This document shows positions 18,773 to 29,302 of a stretch of DNA of 64,000 nucleotides, in pieces. How positions within the stretch are numbered: the stretch's first letter is position 1; every line of letters starts with the position of its first letter. Position numbers and translations under genes: made by a program. The notes below the pieces were generated by a model, which was not told the DNA's origin, made no database searches, and worked only from the letters and a program-made list of their open reading frames with translations. The DNA comes from Synergistales bacterium (GTDB taxonomy: Bacteria > Synergistota > Synergistia > Synergistales > JAFGMB01): assembly GCA_963666205.1 (NCBI GenBank), contig OY762654.1, forward strand, positions 2,784,001 through 2,848,000. Direction: 5' to 3'.

Positions 18773-19402
18773 ATGGAAACTAAATCTGATCTTGCCTATA
18801 AGAAGATTCGAGAAATGATTATGACGGGTCAGTTAAATAAGGATACGAGAATTTCTCTGCAAGGTGTTGCTAACCAATTAAATATTAGCAAATCACCAGT
18901 GCGTGATGCCTTTCAGAGGCTGCAAAACGATGGGTTGGTCAAGGTATTTCCAAATCAGGGAATATTTATCCAGGAACTATCATTGAATGAGGCAGTTGAG
19001 ATTTATGAGTTAAGAATAGCTTTGGAATCTTATGTACTTGAACAAGTCTTTCCTTTAATTCGAGAACAGGATTTGTTCAACTTACGTCAGATATTAGACA
19101 GGCAAAAAGAAGCTTTGGAAAATAATGATCCCTACACATTTATGCAATATGACACAGAACAGCATACATATTTTCTTGAGCTGTATTCCAACCAGGTTTT
19201 TTTAGAAACCATGAGTTCCTTGAGGACTAGGGTCTTTCACGCGGGTGTTCGAGCATTAATGTCTGGAGCCATGCAGCCTACGTATCAAGATCATGTTTCA
19301 ATTATCAATTCCTTGGAAAAAGGTGACTTTGAAGAGACCATGCTGCATCTAAAAAGACATCTTAAGAGAGGACTTAACGTTACTTCTGGAGCAAGATCTT
19401 AA
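18773..19402 (+). CDS. GntR family regulator (FCD domain)
   Basis: AY..IREMI..G, IS.SPVRDA..RL..DGLV...PN.G, EIYELR.ALE. Confidence 0.92.
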   Translation: METKSDLAYKKIREMIMTGQLNKDTRISLQGVANQLNISKSPVRDAFQRLQNDGLVKVFPNQGIFIQELSLNEAVEIYELRIALESYVLEQVFPLIREQDLFNLRQILDRQKEALENNDPYTFMQYDTEQHTYFLELYSNQVFLETMSSLRTRVFHAGVRALMSGAMQPTYQDHVSIINSLEKGDFEETMLHLKRHLKRGLNVTSGARS

Positions 19403-19540
19403 GAGGGAGGGATGTATATCTTTTCATTAGGGTTCCTCATTTAAAGAGGTTTACATTAAAAAAAACAAAGTAAGAAGTCCACAATGTGAAGGTACTATTC
19501 CACAAACAATATCGACAAATATTCAAAGGGGGAGGATGTT

Positions 19541-20605
19541 ATGAAAAGAGCAGTGGTAATTCTGTCAGTGGTTGCTTCATTATTCTGTTTTGTTTTTGTT
19601 ACAGTGGGACCGGTATTTGCTTCATCAGATATGGTACGTATGCAAGTACAGAGTGTATGTCCGACGAGGTTAAGAGCACTTGGTACAACGATTACTTGGG
19701 TGGCAGAGAAACTTGACCAGATGAGTGATGGGGAAATCAAGATGAAAGTATATGATCCGGGTAAAATGGTTCCCCCCCATGAAATCCTTGATGCTGTATC
19801 AAAAGGCAAGCTTGCAGGTGGATATACTAATGCTGCCGACTGGGCAGGAAAGTTGCCATCTTCATCTTTGTTCGGTGCGGTTCCCTTTGGGCCTGACCCA
19901 ATGGTTTATCTGGCATGGTTCTACTATGGCGATGGTATGAAGCTCTATCAGGAAATGTACGATAGGGGTGGTTATAACGTACATGTCTTGCTTTGTGGAG
20001 TGTTGAGTCCAGAAACAGCTGGTTGGGCGAATGAACTTATTACAAAACCAGAACAACTTAAGGGGTTGAAGGTAAGATTCCTTGGACTTGGAGGAGAAGT
20101 TCTTCAGAAGTGTGGTGCCTCTGTCCAACTTCTGCCTATGGCGGAGACTTTTCCTGCATTGGAGAAAGGTGCTTTGGATATGGCAGAAATATGTATACCT
20201 ACAGTGGATCATGAGATTGGACTGCATAAAATTGCAAAATACAACTATTTCCCTGGATGGCATCAACCTGCTACTACAATGGAACTCCTGATTAATAAAG
20301 ATGTCTGGAATAAACTGTCCGAATCTCAGAAAACAAATTTTGAGATCGCGTGTAAGGCTGCGACACTTGATATGCTGAGTTATTCAGAAGCAATTCAGGG
20401 GAAAACCATTGTGGAAAACGTAGATTATGGAATAACCAATGTAACTTGGTCAGATGAGATGCTTGTGCTATTTAAAACAAAATGGGTAGAAGTGGTTGAT
20501 GAACTTTGTTCAGAGGATGAATTTTTCAAAAAGGTATGGGATAACCTGAGTAACTTCCGTGCTGAATATGAAAATTGGGGAGAATTAGGTTATCTAAAAA
20601 ATTAA
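19541..20605 (+). CDS. TRAP substrate-binding protein DctP (TakP/2-keto-acid-like subgroup)
   Basis: Signal peptide, AVPFG, GLK.RF.GLGG.V, YFPGWHQP. Confidence 0.88.
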   Translation: MKRAVVILSVVASLFCFVFVTVGPVFASSDMVRMQVQSVCPTRLRALGTTITWVAEKLDQMSDGEIKMKVYDPGKMVPPHEILDAVSKGKLAGGYTNAADWAGKLPSSSLFGAVPFGPDPMVYLAWFYYGDGMKLYQEMYDRGGYNVHVLLCGVLSPETAGWANELITKPEQLKGLKVRFLGLGGEVLQKCGASVQLLPMAETFPALEKGALDMAEICIPTVDHEIGLHKIAKYNYFPGWHQPATTMELLINKDVWNKLSESQKTNFEIACKAATLDMLSYSEAIQGKTIVENVDYGITNVTWSDEMLVLFKTKWVEVVDELCSEDEFFKKVWDNLSNFRAEYENWGELGYLKN

Positions 20606-20615
20606 TAACCCTTTT

Positions 20616-20666
20616 AAGGGCGGAAACTTTGATGATTAGGCCAAAGTTTCCACCCTTTCCTTTTTT
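20616..20666 (+). terminator. hairpin after dctP
   Basis: AAGGGCGGAAACTTTG / CAAAGTTTCCACCCTT plus T-tract. Confidence 0.6.
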
Positions 20667-20740
20667 CAATTTACATATGATTTTGTTATGAAATTATCTT
20701 CAAGTTATGTCCAAAATGTCTAAGAAGTGGGGAGATTACT

Positions 20741-21295
20741 ATGATTCTCAATAATTGCACTCCTCTCAAGATTTGTAATGTTATTGATAACTTGATCTTG
20801 AAAGCAAGTAAGATCTTTTGTTACTTGAATTTCTTTATTCTGATAACCATCCTTCTTCAAATTGCTTTGAGGTATGTATTTGGCAGGGGATATGTGTTTC
20901 TTGATGAATTGGAATGGCATTTTTATGCAATTGCCTTTTTATTTGGGCTCAGTTATGCCGAAGTTAATGATAAACATATTCGGCTTGATGTATTAAGTCA
21001 TAGATTCTCCACCAGAACCAGAGAAATTATTGAAATACTGGGGAACTTATTTCTATTGCTTCCTTATATTGTAATCCTTTTCTTGCATGGCCTTGATTTT
21101 GCCCATGAAGCATGGGTTATAGGTGAAACATCTGGCTCTCCCATGGGTTTACCATATCGCTGGTTTATAAAATCATTCATTCCTGTTGGTATGTTTTTTT
21201 TAGGAATGTCTGTGATATCGCGGACAATAAAAAGCTTAGTGTTTCTAGTTCAAAAGTCAAACATATGCACAGAAGATATGGAGCGAAAAGCATAA
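20741..21295 (+). CDS. TRAP small permease DctQ
   Basis: 4 TM, ELEWH, HIRLDV. Confidence 0.88.
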   Translation: MILNNCTPLKICNVIDNLILKASKIFCYLNFFILITILLQIALRYVFGRGYVFLDELEWHFYAIAFLFGLSYAEVNDKHIRLDVLSHRFSTRTREIIEILGNLFLLLPYIVILFLHGLDFAHEAWVIGETSGSPMGLPYRWFIKSFIPVGMFFLGMSVISRTIKSLVFLVQKSNICTEDMERKA

Positions 21296-22686
21296 TGGAT
21301 ATTAATACAATTCTAGTCCTATCAATGTTTGTAGTGTTCCTGAGTTTGTTATTAACTGGCTATCCCATAGCTTTTGTCCTTACAGGCGTTGCAATGCTGT
21401 TTTCCGTAATCGGGTATCTGAGTGACCTCTATTTAGGTACCATGACAGGAATCAATTTTATGTCAATCGGAATGCTAGTCAATCGTATGTATGCCATCAT
21501 GACCAATTGGACTTTAGTTGCAATCCCAATGTTTGTTTTCATGGGCATTATGCTTGAGAAATCAGGAATGGCTGAAAAGATGATGACCTCTGTTGAAAAA
21601 CTGTTTGGGAATGTCCATGGAGGTCTTGCTATTACAGTTACTATCATTGGAATCTTATTGGCAGCCTCTACGGGAATAATTGGAGCCTCTGTTGTCCTGC
21701 TAGGTCTTATGACCATTCCTACTATGTTGAAGCAAGGATATGACAAGTCATTGGCGGTAGGAACGGTTTGTGCATCTGGAACTCTTGGTATATTGATTCC
21801 TCCCAGCATAATGCTGGTAGTTATGGCAGATCAATTAGCTATATCAGTCGGCGATCTATTTATGGGAGCTTTTATTCCGGGAACGATTCTTGGAGTCCTT
21901 TACATACTATATCTATTAATTTATTGCCAACTCAAGCCCGAAGTTGCTCCTTTACCTCTAAATAGACAACCACTCAGTTTTTCACTTGTTTTCGAAGCTT
22001 TTAAATCCATTCTTCCTTCTATGGGATTAATTGTGTTGGTATTAGGTTCAATATTTGCTGGCATATGTACTGCAACCGAGGCAAGTGGCTTGGGAGCTTT
22101 AGGAGCTTTGATATTGGCGTGGAAAAACCACAAATTGAGTTTTTCAATTTTCAAAAATGCGGTTCTCGAAACTTTTGGAGTAATGGGTTATGTATTTGCG
22201 ATCTTTTTATGTGCAAATTCTTTTGCTCTAGTCTTAAGAATGTTGGGTGGGGATGAAGTTATTGGAGGGTTTCTGCTTGGCCTTCCTTTTGGTCCCTATG
22301 GGATATTGGCAGTTGTTATGTTTTTGGTCTTCATTTTGGGTTTTTTTCTGGATTGGATGGAAATCACTTTTATTATTTTGCCAATCTTGGGAAACGTTGT
22401 TGCCAATCTGAGTTTTACAGTCAATGGATATGGAGTGGTGGATCAACCAGCCCTTATCTGGTTTACAGTCCTGGTGGCGATTTGTCTGCAGACATCTTTT
22501 CTTACTCCTCCAGTGGGATTTGCGATTTTTTATCTTAAGGGTGTTTGTCCAGAGTCAGTAAAATTACGGGATATTTACAAAGGAGTTATCCCATTTATTT
22601 TACTTCAGTTAACAGGTTTAGCGATTGTAGTAATTTGGCCAAGTCTTGTTACGTGGCTTCCAGCGATGGCATATGCGGCGAAATAA
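21295..22686 (+). CDS. TRAP large permease DctM
   Basis: AIPMF, SGTLGILIPPSI, SFLTPP.G. Confidence 0.92.
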   Translation: MDINTILVLSMFVVFLSLLLTGYPIAFVLTGVAMLFSVIGYLSDLYLGTMTGINFMSIGMLVNRMYAIMTNWTLVAIPMFVFMGIMLEKSGMAEKMMTSVEKLFGNVHGGLAITVTIIGILLAASTGIIGASVVLLGLMTIPTMLKQGYDKSLAVGTVCASGTLGILIPPSIMLVVMADQLAISVGDLFMGAFIPGTILGVLYILYLLIYCQLKPEVAPLPLNRQPLSFSLVFEAFKSILPSMGLIVLVLGSIFAGICTATEASGLGALGALILAWKNHKLSFSIFKNAVLETFGVMGYVFAIFLCANSFALVLRMLGGDEVIGGFLLGLPFGPYGILAVVMFLVFILGFFLDWMEITFIILPILGNVVANLSFTVNGYGVVDQPALIWFTVLVAICLQTSFLTPPVGFAIFYLKGVCPESVKLRDIYKGVIPFILLQLTGLAIVVIWPSLVTWLPAMAYAAK

Positions 22687-22729
22687 GGATATCTGTTTCC
22701 CATACATAAATAGATATTTCTAATCTTTG

Positions 22730-23212
22730 AATGGAGGTGTTTTTTGAATGCAAGAAGCAAGAAGTCTAGGTTTGAAGGAAGCGGAAATGATTTGTGATGC
22801 TTGTATAAATGAAACCATTGCAAGCAAAGACAACAAGGAAGTTGTTGGTGCCGGATATCCAATAGGAGTATGTGTAATAGACAGGCATGGTACGGTTCTT
22901 TGCCACAAGGTTATGGACGGATCTTTTTCATTGGCAGCGAGATTGTCAAGGACAAAAGCGCAGAGTGCCCTGGAACTTTTGAGAGACACAAAGATTCAGC
23001 GTGACATATGCCAGTCCAGGGGAATTGGACTGATGCCTTATGAATTTTCCAGTATAGAACATACAGAAATTCCTGGTGGATGTGTGGTCAGGACATCTGA
23101 TGGGAAAGTGGTGGGAGCTGTAGGTATTAGTGGTCGTTCTCCCCAGGGAGACGAGGAGATGGCACAGATAGGCGTAAAGGCCTTTGAAAACTCTGAAGAG
23201 TTTAATGTCTAA
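22730..23212 (+). repeat. 483-bp direct repeat, copy 1 (glcG-like gene with its SD)
   Basis: Matches 25156-25638; one synonymous difference seen (ATT/ATC). Confidence 0.9.
22748..23212 (+). CDS. GlcG/HbpS family (heme-binding) protein, copy 1
   Basis: V.VID..G, MDG, KA.SA, PGG.......G.VVGAVGISG...DEE.A. Confidence 0.8.
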   Translation: MQEARSLGLKEAEMICDACINETIASKDNKEVVGAGYPIGVCVIDRHGTVLCHKVMDGSFSLAARLSRTKAQSALELLRDTKIQRDICQSRGIGLMPYEFSSIEHTEIPGGCVVRTSDGKVVGAVGISGRSPQGDEEMAQIGVKAFENSEEFNV

Positions 23213-23233
23213 TTCTTGTTTGGCGGTGAGAAC

Positions 23234-24187
23234 ATGAAGAGAAACTTAATTACCGGAGGACTTGGCTATGTCGGGGTTAATCTTGCCCGTGAATTGATCA
23301 AAAGAGGAGAGGAGGTAATATTGTTTGATCTTTTACCCGATTCTCCAATGATTTCAGATATTCGTAATGAGGTGAAATTGATCCAAGGACAATTGGGAAA
23401 TTGGGCTGAGGTTTTAGAAGCGGTACATTCCTCCCATGTTGATACTATTTTCCACTTGGGAGCAATGATAACTATGCCGGCAGAGGCTAATCCTTGGGCA
23501 GCATACGAGACAAATGCAAATGGTTTGTACCACATTCTTGAGGCTGTCCGTCATTTTGAAGTTACAAATGTAATTTGGCCCAGTGGAATAGCGGTATATG
23601 CCCCTGGTGTTGCGGAAATTGTGAATGAAGATACGTATGAAGCAAATCCTTCCCAAATTTATGCTGCAACAAAGATTTTTGGAGAAAGGCTCGGAGAATA
23701 TTATCATCAGAAATTCAATATCAATTTTCGTTCGCCAAGTCTTCCAGCCATTTGTGGTCCTGGTAGAAGGGCTGGTTTGGCTGCATATGCGAGTTTGATG
23801 GTTCATGACCCTGTCCGGGGTCTTCCTGCGGAGCTCCCAATCAGTGAAGAAACACAGATGCCATTTATTTACATTAAGGACGTTATTAGATGCTTGATGA
23901 TGCTAAGGGATGCGAATGAAGAAAACCTGAAACGAAGGATTTATAGTATTCAAGGTTTTTCTGTCCCAGCAGGTGAAATGGCTAAAACAGTCTTAAGACA
24001 TTTACCTGATGCTGTAATTCATTTTAATTCAGATCGAAAGATGGTCAAACTAGCTGCTGCGGCACCCAAAATGATCGATGATTCAAGAGCTCGGGCTGAT
24101 TGGGGATGGGAACCGGAATATTCATGGAATGAAGTGGTGCAGGACTTTATTTCAGTGGTGAATGAATACCCCAAACTTTATAAGTAG
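23234..24187 (+). CDS. extended SDR / NAD-dependent epimerase-dehydratase (threonine-dehydrogenase-like)
   Basis: TGGLGYVG, YAATK, DDSRARADWGW. Confidence 0.85.
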   Translation: MKRNLITGGLGYVGVNLARELIKRGEEVILFDLLPDSPMISDIRNEVKLIQGQLGNWAEVLEAVHSSHVDTIFHLGAMITMPAEANPWAAYETNANGLYHILEAVRHFEVTNVIWPSGIAVYAPGVAEIVNEDTYEANPSQIYAATKIFGERLGEYYHQKFNINFRSPSLPAICGPGRRAGLAAYASLMVHDPVRGLPAELPISEETQMPFIYIKDVIRCLMMLRDANEENLKRRIYSIQGFSVPAGEMAKTVLRHLPDAVIHFNSDRKMVKLAAAAPKMIDDSRARADWGWEPEYSWNEVVQDFISVVNEYPKLYK

Positions 24188-24242
24188 TGAATAAAAGATC
24201 TTGAATCTTAATTCTGATAAAGATGGAGGTGAAATTTCATCT

Positions 24243-25046
24243 ATGAAAATAGGTGTCGTACAGTTAGCAAGCGAAAGCAACAAGGATTCTAACCTTGATA
24301 GTACTGTAAAGCATATTGATGAGTTAGGAAATCTGGGGTGTGAGCTCATCGTCTTGCCAGAATATTTTAACTATCTTGGACCATCAGAACTTGAGCGAGA
24401 AAATGCAGAATCCATCGACGGGTTTACTGTCGAAAGGATATCACAAAAAGCTAAACAGCATAACATATATATACATCTGGGAAGCTTTCTGGAAAAAGAC
24501 AACAATAAAGTGTTCAACACCTCATTAGTGCTCAATCCAAATGGTGAAATTGTTTCACAGTATCGCAAACTCCATCTTTTTGATGTGAATGTCCCTGGTG
24601 AAATTGTTCATATTGAGTCTGAATTTATTACTGCGGGTGATAATGTTTCAACTTTTACGATCAACGATGTTGTCTTTGGAATGGCCACCTGTTATGACCT
24701 CCGGTTTCCAGAATTATTCCGCCGATTGTCGTACCTTGGAGCGTCGGTTTTTATTATCCCGGCGGCTTTTCACCTTAACACCGGAAAGGATCATTGGCAG
24801 GTTCTTCTCAGAGCGAGGGCAATAGAAAACCAGTCATTTGTAATTGCCCCAGCCCAGTGGAAAGGGATAGCAACTCATATTTGTTATGGGAGAAGTATGG
24901 TTGTGGATCCATGGGGAATACTGCTTGCACAAGCTCCTGATCGAGAATGTCATTTTGTGGTGGATATAGATTTAAACTATCTTAGAAAAATTAGGCAAAA
25001 ATTACCTGCTTTGGAACACAGAAGGACAGATATTTTTTCACCGTGA
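24243..25046 (+). CDS. carbon-nitrogen hydrolase, Nit1/omega-amidase-like
   Basis: LPE, YRKLHLFD, CYDLRFPE, TG.DHW..LLRARAIEN. Confidence 0.92.
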   Translation: MKIGVVQLASESNKDSNLDSTVKHIDELGNLGCELIVLPEYFNYLGPSELERENAESIDGFTVERISQKAKQHNIYIHLGSFLEKDNNKVFNTSLVLNPNGEIVSQYRKLHLFDVNVPGEIVHIESEFITAGDNVSTFTINDVVFGMATCYDLRFPELFRRLSYLGASVFIIPAAFHLNTGKDHWQVLLRARAIENQSFVIAPAQWKGIATHICYGRSMVVDPWGILLAQAPDRECHFVVDIDLNYLRKIRQKLPALEHRRTDIFSP

Positions 25047-25173
25047 CTTGAGTTATTCCAATATTTGTATGGGAAAATCTGATTTCCTGGGATTTTTACT
25101 CTTAATATCAGTTGGTTTCACATAATATCCCATTTCGGAATACAGCAATTCAATAAATGGAGGTGTTTTTTGA

Positions 25174-25638
25174 ATGCAAGAAGCAAGAAGTCTAGGTTTG
25201 AAGGAAGCGGAAATGATCTGTGATGCTTGTATAAATGAAACCATTGCAAGCAAAGACAACAAGGAAGTTGTTGGTGCCGGATATCCAATAGGAGTATGTG
25301 TAATAGACAGGCATGGTACGGTTCTTTGCCACAAGGTTATGGACGGATCTTTTTCATTGGCAGCGAGATTGTCAAGGACAAAAGCGCAGAGTGCCCTGGA
25401 ACTTTTGAGAGACACAAAGATTCAGCGTGACATATGCCAGTCCAGGGGAATTGGACTGATGCCTTATGAATTTTCCAGTATAGAACATACAGAAATTCCT
25501 GGTGGATGTGTGGTCAGGACATCTGATGGGAAAGTGGTGGGAGCTGTAGGTATTAGTGGTCGTTCTCCCCAGGGAGACGAGGAGATGGCACAGATAGGCG
25601 TAAAGGCCTTTGAAAACTCTGAAGAGTTTAATGTCTAA
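25174..25638 (+). CDS. GlcG/HbpS family protein, copy 2
   Basis: Protein identical to 22748-23212. Confidence 0.8.
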   Translation: MQEARSLGLKEAEMICDACINETIASKDNKEVVGAGYPIGVCVIDRHGTVLCHKVMDGSFSLAARLSRTKAQSALELLRDTKIQRDICQSRGIGLMPYEFSSIEHTEIPGGCVVRTSDGKVVGAVGISGRSPQGDEEMAQIGVKAFENSEEFNV

Positions 25639-25722
25639 GAAATCTATCTTTAGGTTGATTTTCTTGGTTCTTTATTGCTCTGACTCGGGAAAGTACTGTT
25701 TTAAAGGGAAGGTGGGATAAAC

Positions 25723-26727
25723 ATGAAGCTGAATTACATTAAAGGTTTTGCTTTGCTACTTGTTCTTTCAATCGTATTACTTGGTACCACGTCTTCAGTT
25801 GAAGCTCGTGCAAAACACCTGAAATATGATGTTCCAGTTCCTGCAACTTCAACTTATTATGACGGTGCTATGAAGTTTGCAGAAATTATCAAAGAAGAAA
25901 CTGAAGGAAGATATGTAGTAGATGTCTTTCCTAACGAGCAACTTGGAGCTGGAAATATTATTAAGGGGATGGAGATGCTTCGAAACGGCACAATTGATTT
26001 TGATGTTGTCAACATCCTTATGTATACCCCATTTAACCCCAAATTTTCAGTTGTATTGATGCCTTGGCTCATCGGAAGTCGAGAAACAGCAGACAAGCAT
26101 CTAAGCGGAACTGGCGGAAAGATGTTGTTCGATTTAGTTGAACATGTTGGAATGCATCCAATGGCTTTTGGAGAAACTGGTTTTAGGCAGATAACAAACA
26201 ATGTAAGACCAGTAAAAACCCCTCAGGATTTGGATCGATTAAAGATTCGTTGTCCCACTATGAAAATGTTTGTTGACTTTTTTAAAGTCATGGGAGCAGA
26301 TCCAACAGTAATTCATTTTGGAGAATTATTTACAGCTCTTCAACAGGGTAGTGTTGATGGTCAGGAAAATCCTTTGGATACTATTAATTCAGCTCGTCTC
26401 CAGGAAGTACAGAAATATCTTACTATTTGGAATGAAGCTTATGATGGATATATCATGTCATGTAGTCAAAAATTATGGACTTCACTCGATGATACAGACA
26501 AAATTATCTTCAGGAATGCAGCAATAGAAGCGATGGATTTTCAAAAACAGCTTGCAAGAAAGAAAGATGCAGAGCTTTTGGAAAAATGGAAGACAAAGCT
26601 TGATGTAACAATTTTGTCCCCTGAAGAGATAATGGTGTTCCGGGAAGCATCAAAACCCTTGTATGAGCAGTATGAAGATATTATTGGATTAGATCTTCTT
26701 CAAGCCTTTGGCTATTCAAAAAATTAA
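25723..26727 (+). CDS. TRAP substrate-binding protein DctP
   Basis: GFRQITN, LKIR, ELFTALQQG.VDGQENP. Confidence 0.92.
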   Translation: MKLNYIKGFALLLVLSIVLLGTTSSVEARAKHLKYDVPVPATSTYYDGAMKFAEIIKEETEGRYVVDVFPNEQLGAGNIIKGMEMLRNGTIDFDVVNILMYTPFNPKFSVVLMPWLIGSRETADKHLSGTGGKMLFDLVEHVGMHPMAFGETGFRQITNNVRPVKTPQDLDRLKIRCPTMKMFVDFFKVMGADPTVIHFGELFTALQQGSVDGQENPLDTINSARLQEVQKYLTIWNEAYDGYIMSCSQKLWTSLDDTDKIIFRNAAIEAMDFQKQLARKKDAELLEKWKTKLDVTILSPEEIMVFREASKPLYEQYEDIIGLDLLQAFGYSKN

Positions 26728-26927
26728 ATCGACAGTTAGATTGATTTGATACTGAACGAGAGTTAGTTCTAATCCTTGTTTGAATATTTTTAAATGTTGG
26801 GGTTCTTCGTTACTCCTCAATCTGAGGGAAAGAACCCCAACAATAATATCTAAAAGAAATTTAGATATTTTACAAAATTAATTTCTCTGCCAACTTTTGG
26901 CAGGATAGCTTGTAGGGGGCTATCTCA

Positions 26928-27431
26928 ATGAAGATATTAGACTATTTTGAGGAATTTGCGATTTGTGCGACATTGTCGATAATGGTGATGATAAATTTTG
27001 GGAATGTTATTTCCAGATATTTTATCCATGCTTCTTGGTCCTTTTCCGAAGAGATCATGGTTACTTTATTCATCTACAATACTTTTTTCGGTGTTTCTGA
27101 GGCTTTTAAGAGGGGTGCACACCTTGGCTTTACAGTCTTACTCGACTTATTTCCTCTGCGGACGAGAAAAATATTCATTTTAATTATTCATGTTTTTTCT
27201 GCGATTATGCTTGTCTTGCTAATAAGATATGGAATTCAGATGGTACTTGAGGAAATTCATTATCGCCAGACTACTCCTGCATTAGGATTGCCAGCTTGGA
27301 TTCAATCTCTATCAGTACCATTAGGTTCATTATTGATTCTTGTAAGAATTTATCAGAGTTACAAGATAGAACTTCATGAACAAGAAAAAAACATACCTCA
27401 AAATGTTGCCATTGAAGAGGTGACTTCTTAA
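26928..27431 (+). CDS. TRAP small permease DctQ
   Basis: 4 TM, SEE, H.G motif. Confidence 0.88.
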   Translation: MKILDYFEEFAICATLSIMVMINFGNVISRYFIHASWSFSEEIMVTLFIYNTFFGVSEAFKRGAHLGFTVLLDLFPLRTRKIFILIIHVFSAIMLVLLIRYGIQMVLEEIHYRQTTPALGLPAWIQSLSVPLGSLLILVRIYQSYKIELHEQEKNIPQNVAIEEVTS

Positions 27432-28714
27432 TGTCTGTTATTCTATTTGGATCGTTTGTCCTTTTGTTACTGGTGGGATTTCCAATAGCGATATCATTGG
27501 GGTTATCCTCTATCATTTCTATTGTTATGTGTGGATTCCCACTTTCAGTTTTTGCACAAATCTTTTATTCTTCCATTGGCCGATTTACTCTATTGGCTAT
27601 CCCATTTTTTATTTTAACTGGCATTATTATGGAATACGCGGGTATTTCAAAACGTTTGGTCAATTTAGCTCGGGTTATGGTAGGACATCATGATAGTGGG
27701 CTAGTGTTAGTTACAGTTGGATCTTCATGCTTTTTTGCAGCAATTTCAGGTTCTGGACCTGCTACTGTCGCTGCTCTAGGTACGATTTTAATTCCTGCTA
27801 TGGTCGAAGCAGGATATGATAAAGGTTTTGCGGCTTCGTTGATGGCTAGTTCTGGTAATATTGGGATCATTATTCCGCCAAGTATTGCACTCGTTGTTTT
27901 TGGAGTTCTTGCTGAAGTATCTATTGGACGGTTATTTATGGCAGGAATTATACCAGGGATATTGATGGGCATTTCCTTAGTATTGGTAAGTTTGTTCCTA
28001 CTGAAAAAACAGTCACATCAGATTCTGAAGTTCCGAAAAAGTTCTTGGAGAGAAAGACTCCATGCGATGAAAGATGCTTTTTGGGGGTTAATGACTCCGA
28101 TTATTATTTTAGGAGGAATATATGGAGGTGTTGTAACTCCTACTGAGGCTGCTGGTATAGCGGCTGCTTATGGTTTCTTTGTTGGAGTCTTTGTTTATAA
28201 GGAAATAAAAATACATCATATTCGAAAATTGCTCGTTGATGCGACAGCAGGTTCAGCCGTTGTCATGTTCATAATCGCAAATGCTAGTCTATTTGCTTGG
28301 GTTATTGCTACAAACCATATAGCTACAGATCTGGCAAATCTATTACTTTCCATTTCAACTAATAAATTCATATTATTGTTGATGATGAACCTTATCATTC
28401 TTATTGCAGGATGTTTCATTGATGCAGCGTCTGCCTTCTACATTTTTGTTCCAATTATGCTTCCAATAATTCATGAGCTAGGCGTTGATCCGATTGTTTT
28501 TGGGGTATTCATGACTGTTAATTTGGCTATCGGAATGGCGACTCCTCCAATCGGTTTGGATATCTTTATGGCATCAAATGTTTCTGGTGTTCCTTTAAAA
28601 GAAATATCAGTCAAGGTGCTTCCTTTTGTAGCAGTAAGCGTTTTAGCATTAATGCTGATAACTTTGATTCCTGAGATTTCTCTCTGGCTTCCCAATCTTA
28701 TTGGGATGAAGTAA
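27431..28714 (+). CDS. TRAP large permease DctM
   Basis: AIPFF, SGSGPA, IIPPSI, TPTEA, TPP.G. Confidence 0.92.
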   Translation: MSVILFGSFVLLLLVGFPIAISLGLSSIISIVMCGFPLSVFAQIFYSSIGRFTLLAIPFFILTGIIMEYAGISKRLVNLARVMVGHHDSGLVLVTVGSSCFFAAISGSGPATVAALGTILIPAMVEAGYDKGFAASLMASSGNIGIIIPPSIALVVFGVLAEVSIGRLFMAGIIPGILMGISLVLVSLFLLKKQSHQILKFRKSSWRERLHAMKDAFWGLMTPIIILGGIYGGVVTPTEAAGIAAAYGFFVGVFVYKEIKIHHIRKLLVDATAGSAVVMFIIANASLFAWVIATNHIATDLANLLLSISTNKFILLLMMNLIILIAGCFIDAASAFYIFVPIMLPIIHELGVDPIVFGVFMTVNLAIGMATPPIGLDIFMASNVSGVPLKEISVKVLPFVAVSVLALMLITLIPEISLWLPNLIGMK

Positions 28715-29189
28715 TTCATTGTATTAGTAAGTTCAATCTGAACACCGTATTCTTTTAAGTTGGAAGATACAAAACAGAAAAGGGGAGATGAAAATCTTCC
28801 CTTTTTTTCTTGTTATTGTTTGAAAGAAACACAAAAACATTAAGTTGCATTTGATTATGTCGTGTGCCAAGGTGTTTCAATGAATGAATACCATCTGCTT
28901 AAAGTCCTCCTAGCTTGTATGTACTGATCGTTGCAAACTTTTCATTTTGCTCACAGCGAAGTCAAAAGAAAGAAGTAGAAGAGAGACAAAAAATCTGATT
29001 TGATTCATGGATGTATTTATTTTATTCCCTTTTAGCGACTCTTTAAAAGATTAAAGATTGACGTGTAGGAGATAGATAAAGGTCATAAGAACTTATAGAA
29101 AGCTGATCATCTTCATTAGCTTGTACAAGGCAAGGTTGGGAAGAATATCAAGCTAAAAGGTAGTGTCATAAATGTGACCAACGGTCTGT

Positions 29190-29218
29190 TTGACAGCCTT
29201 AAAATCATGAAATATACT
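29190..29218 (+). promoter_or_regulatory. sigma70-type promoter at right end of element C facing attR
   Basis: TTGACA-17 bp-TATACT. Confidence 0.65.
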
Positions 29219-29302
29219 GAATTGAGACCGTCGTTCCTGGAAACAGGAGCAGGGAGAAAGTCCAGTGATTGCAAGGCTTAAGCGAAATGGGCGCCTACTT
29301 CA

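Noticed and set aside
29177-29191. Inverted partial match to the res-like site at 18436-18449, suggesting an invertible 10.7-kb cargo
   Set aside because: Only about 14 nt with an indel and a mismatch; could be chance
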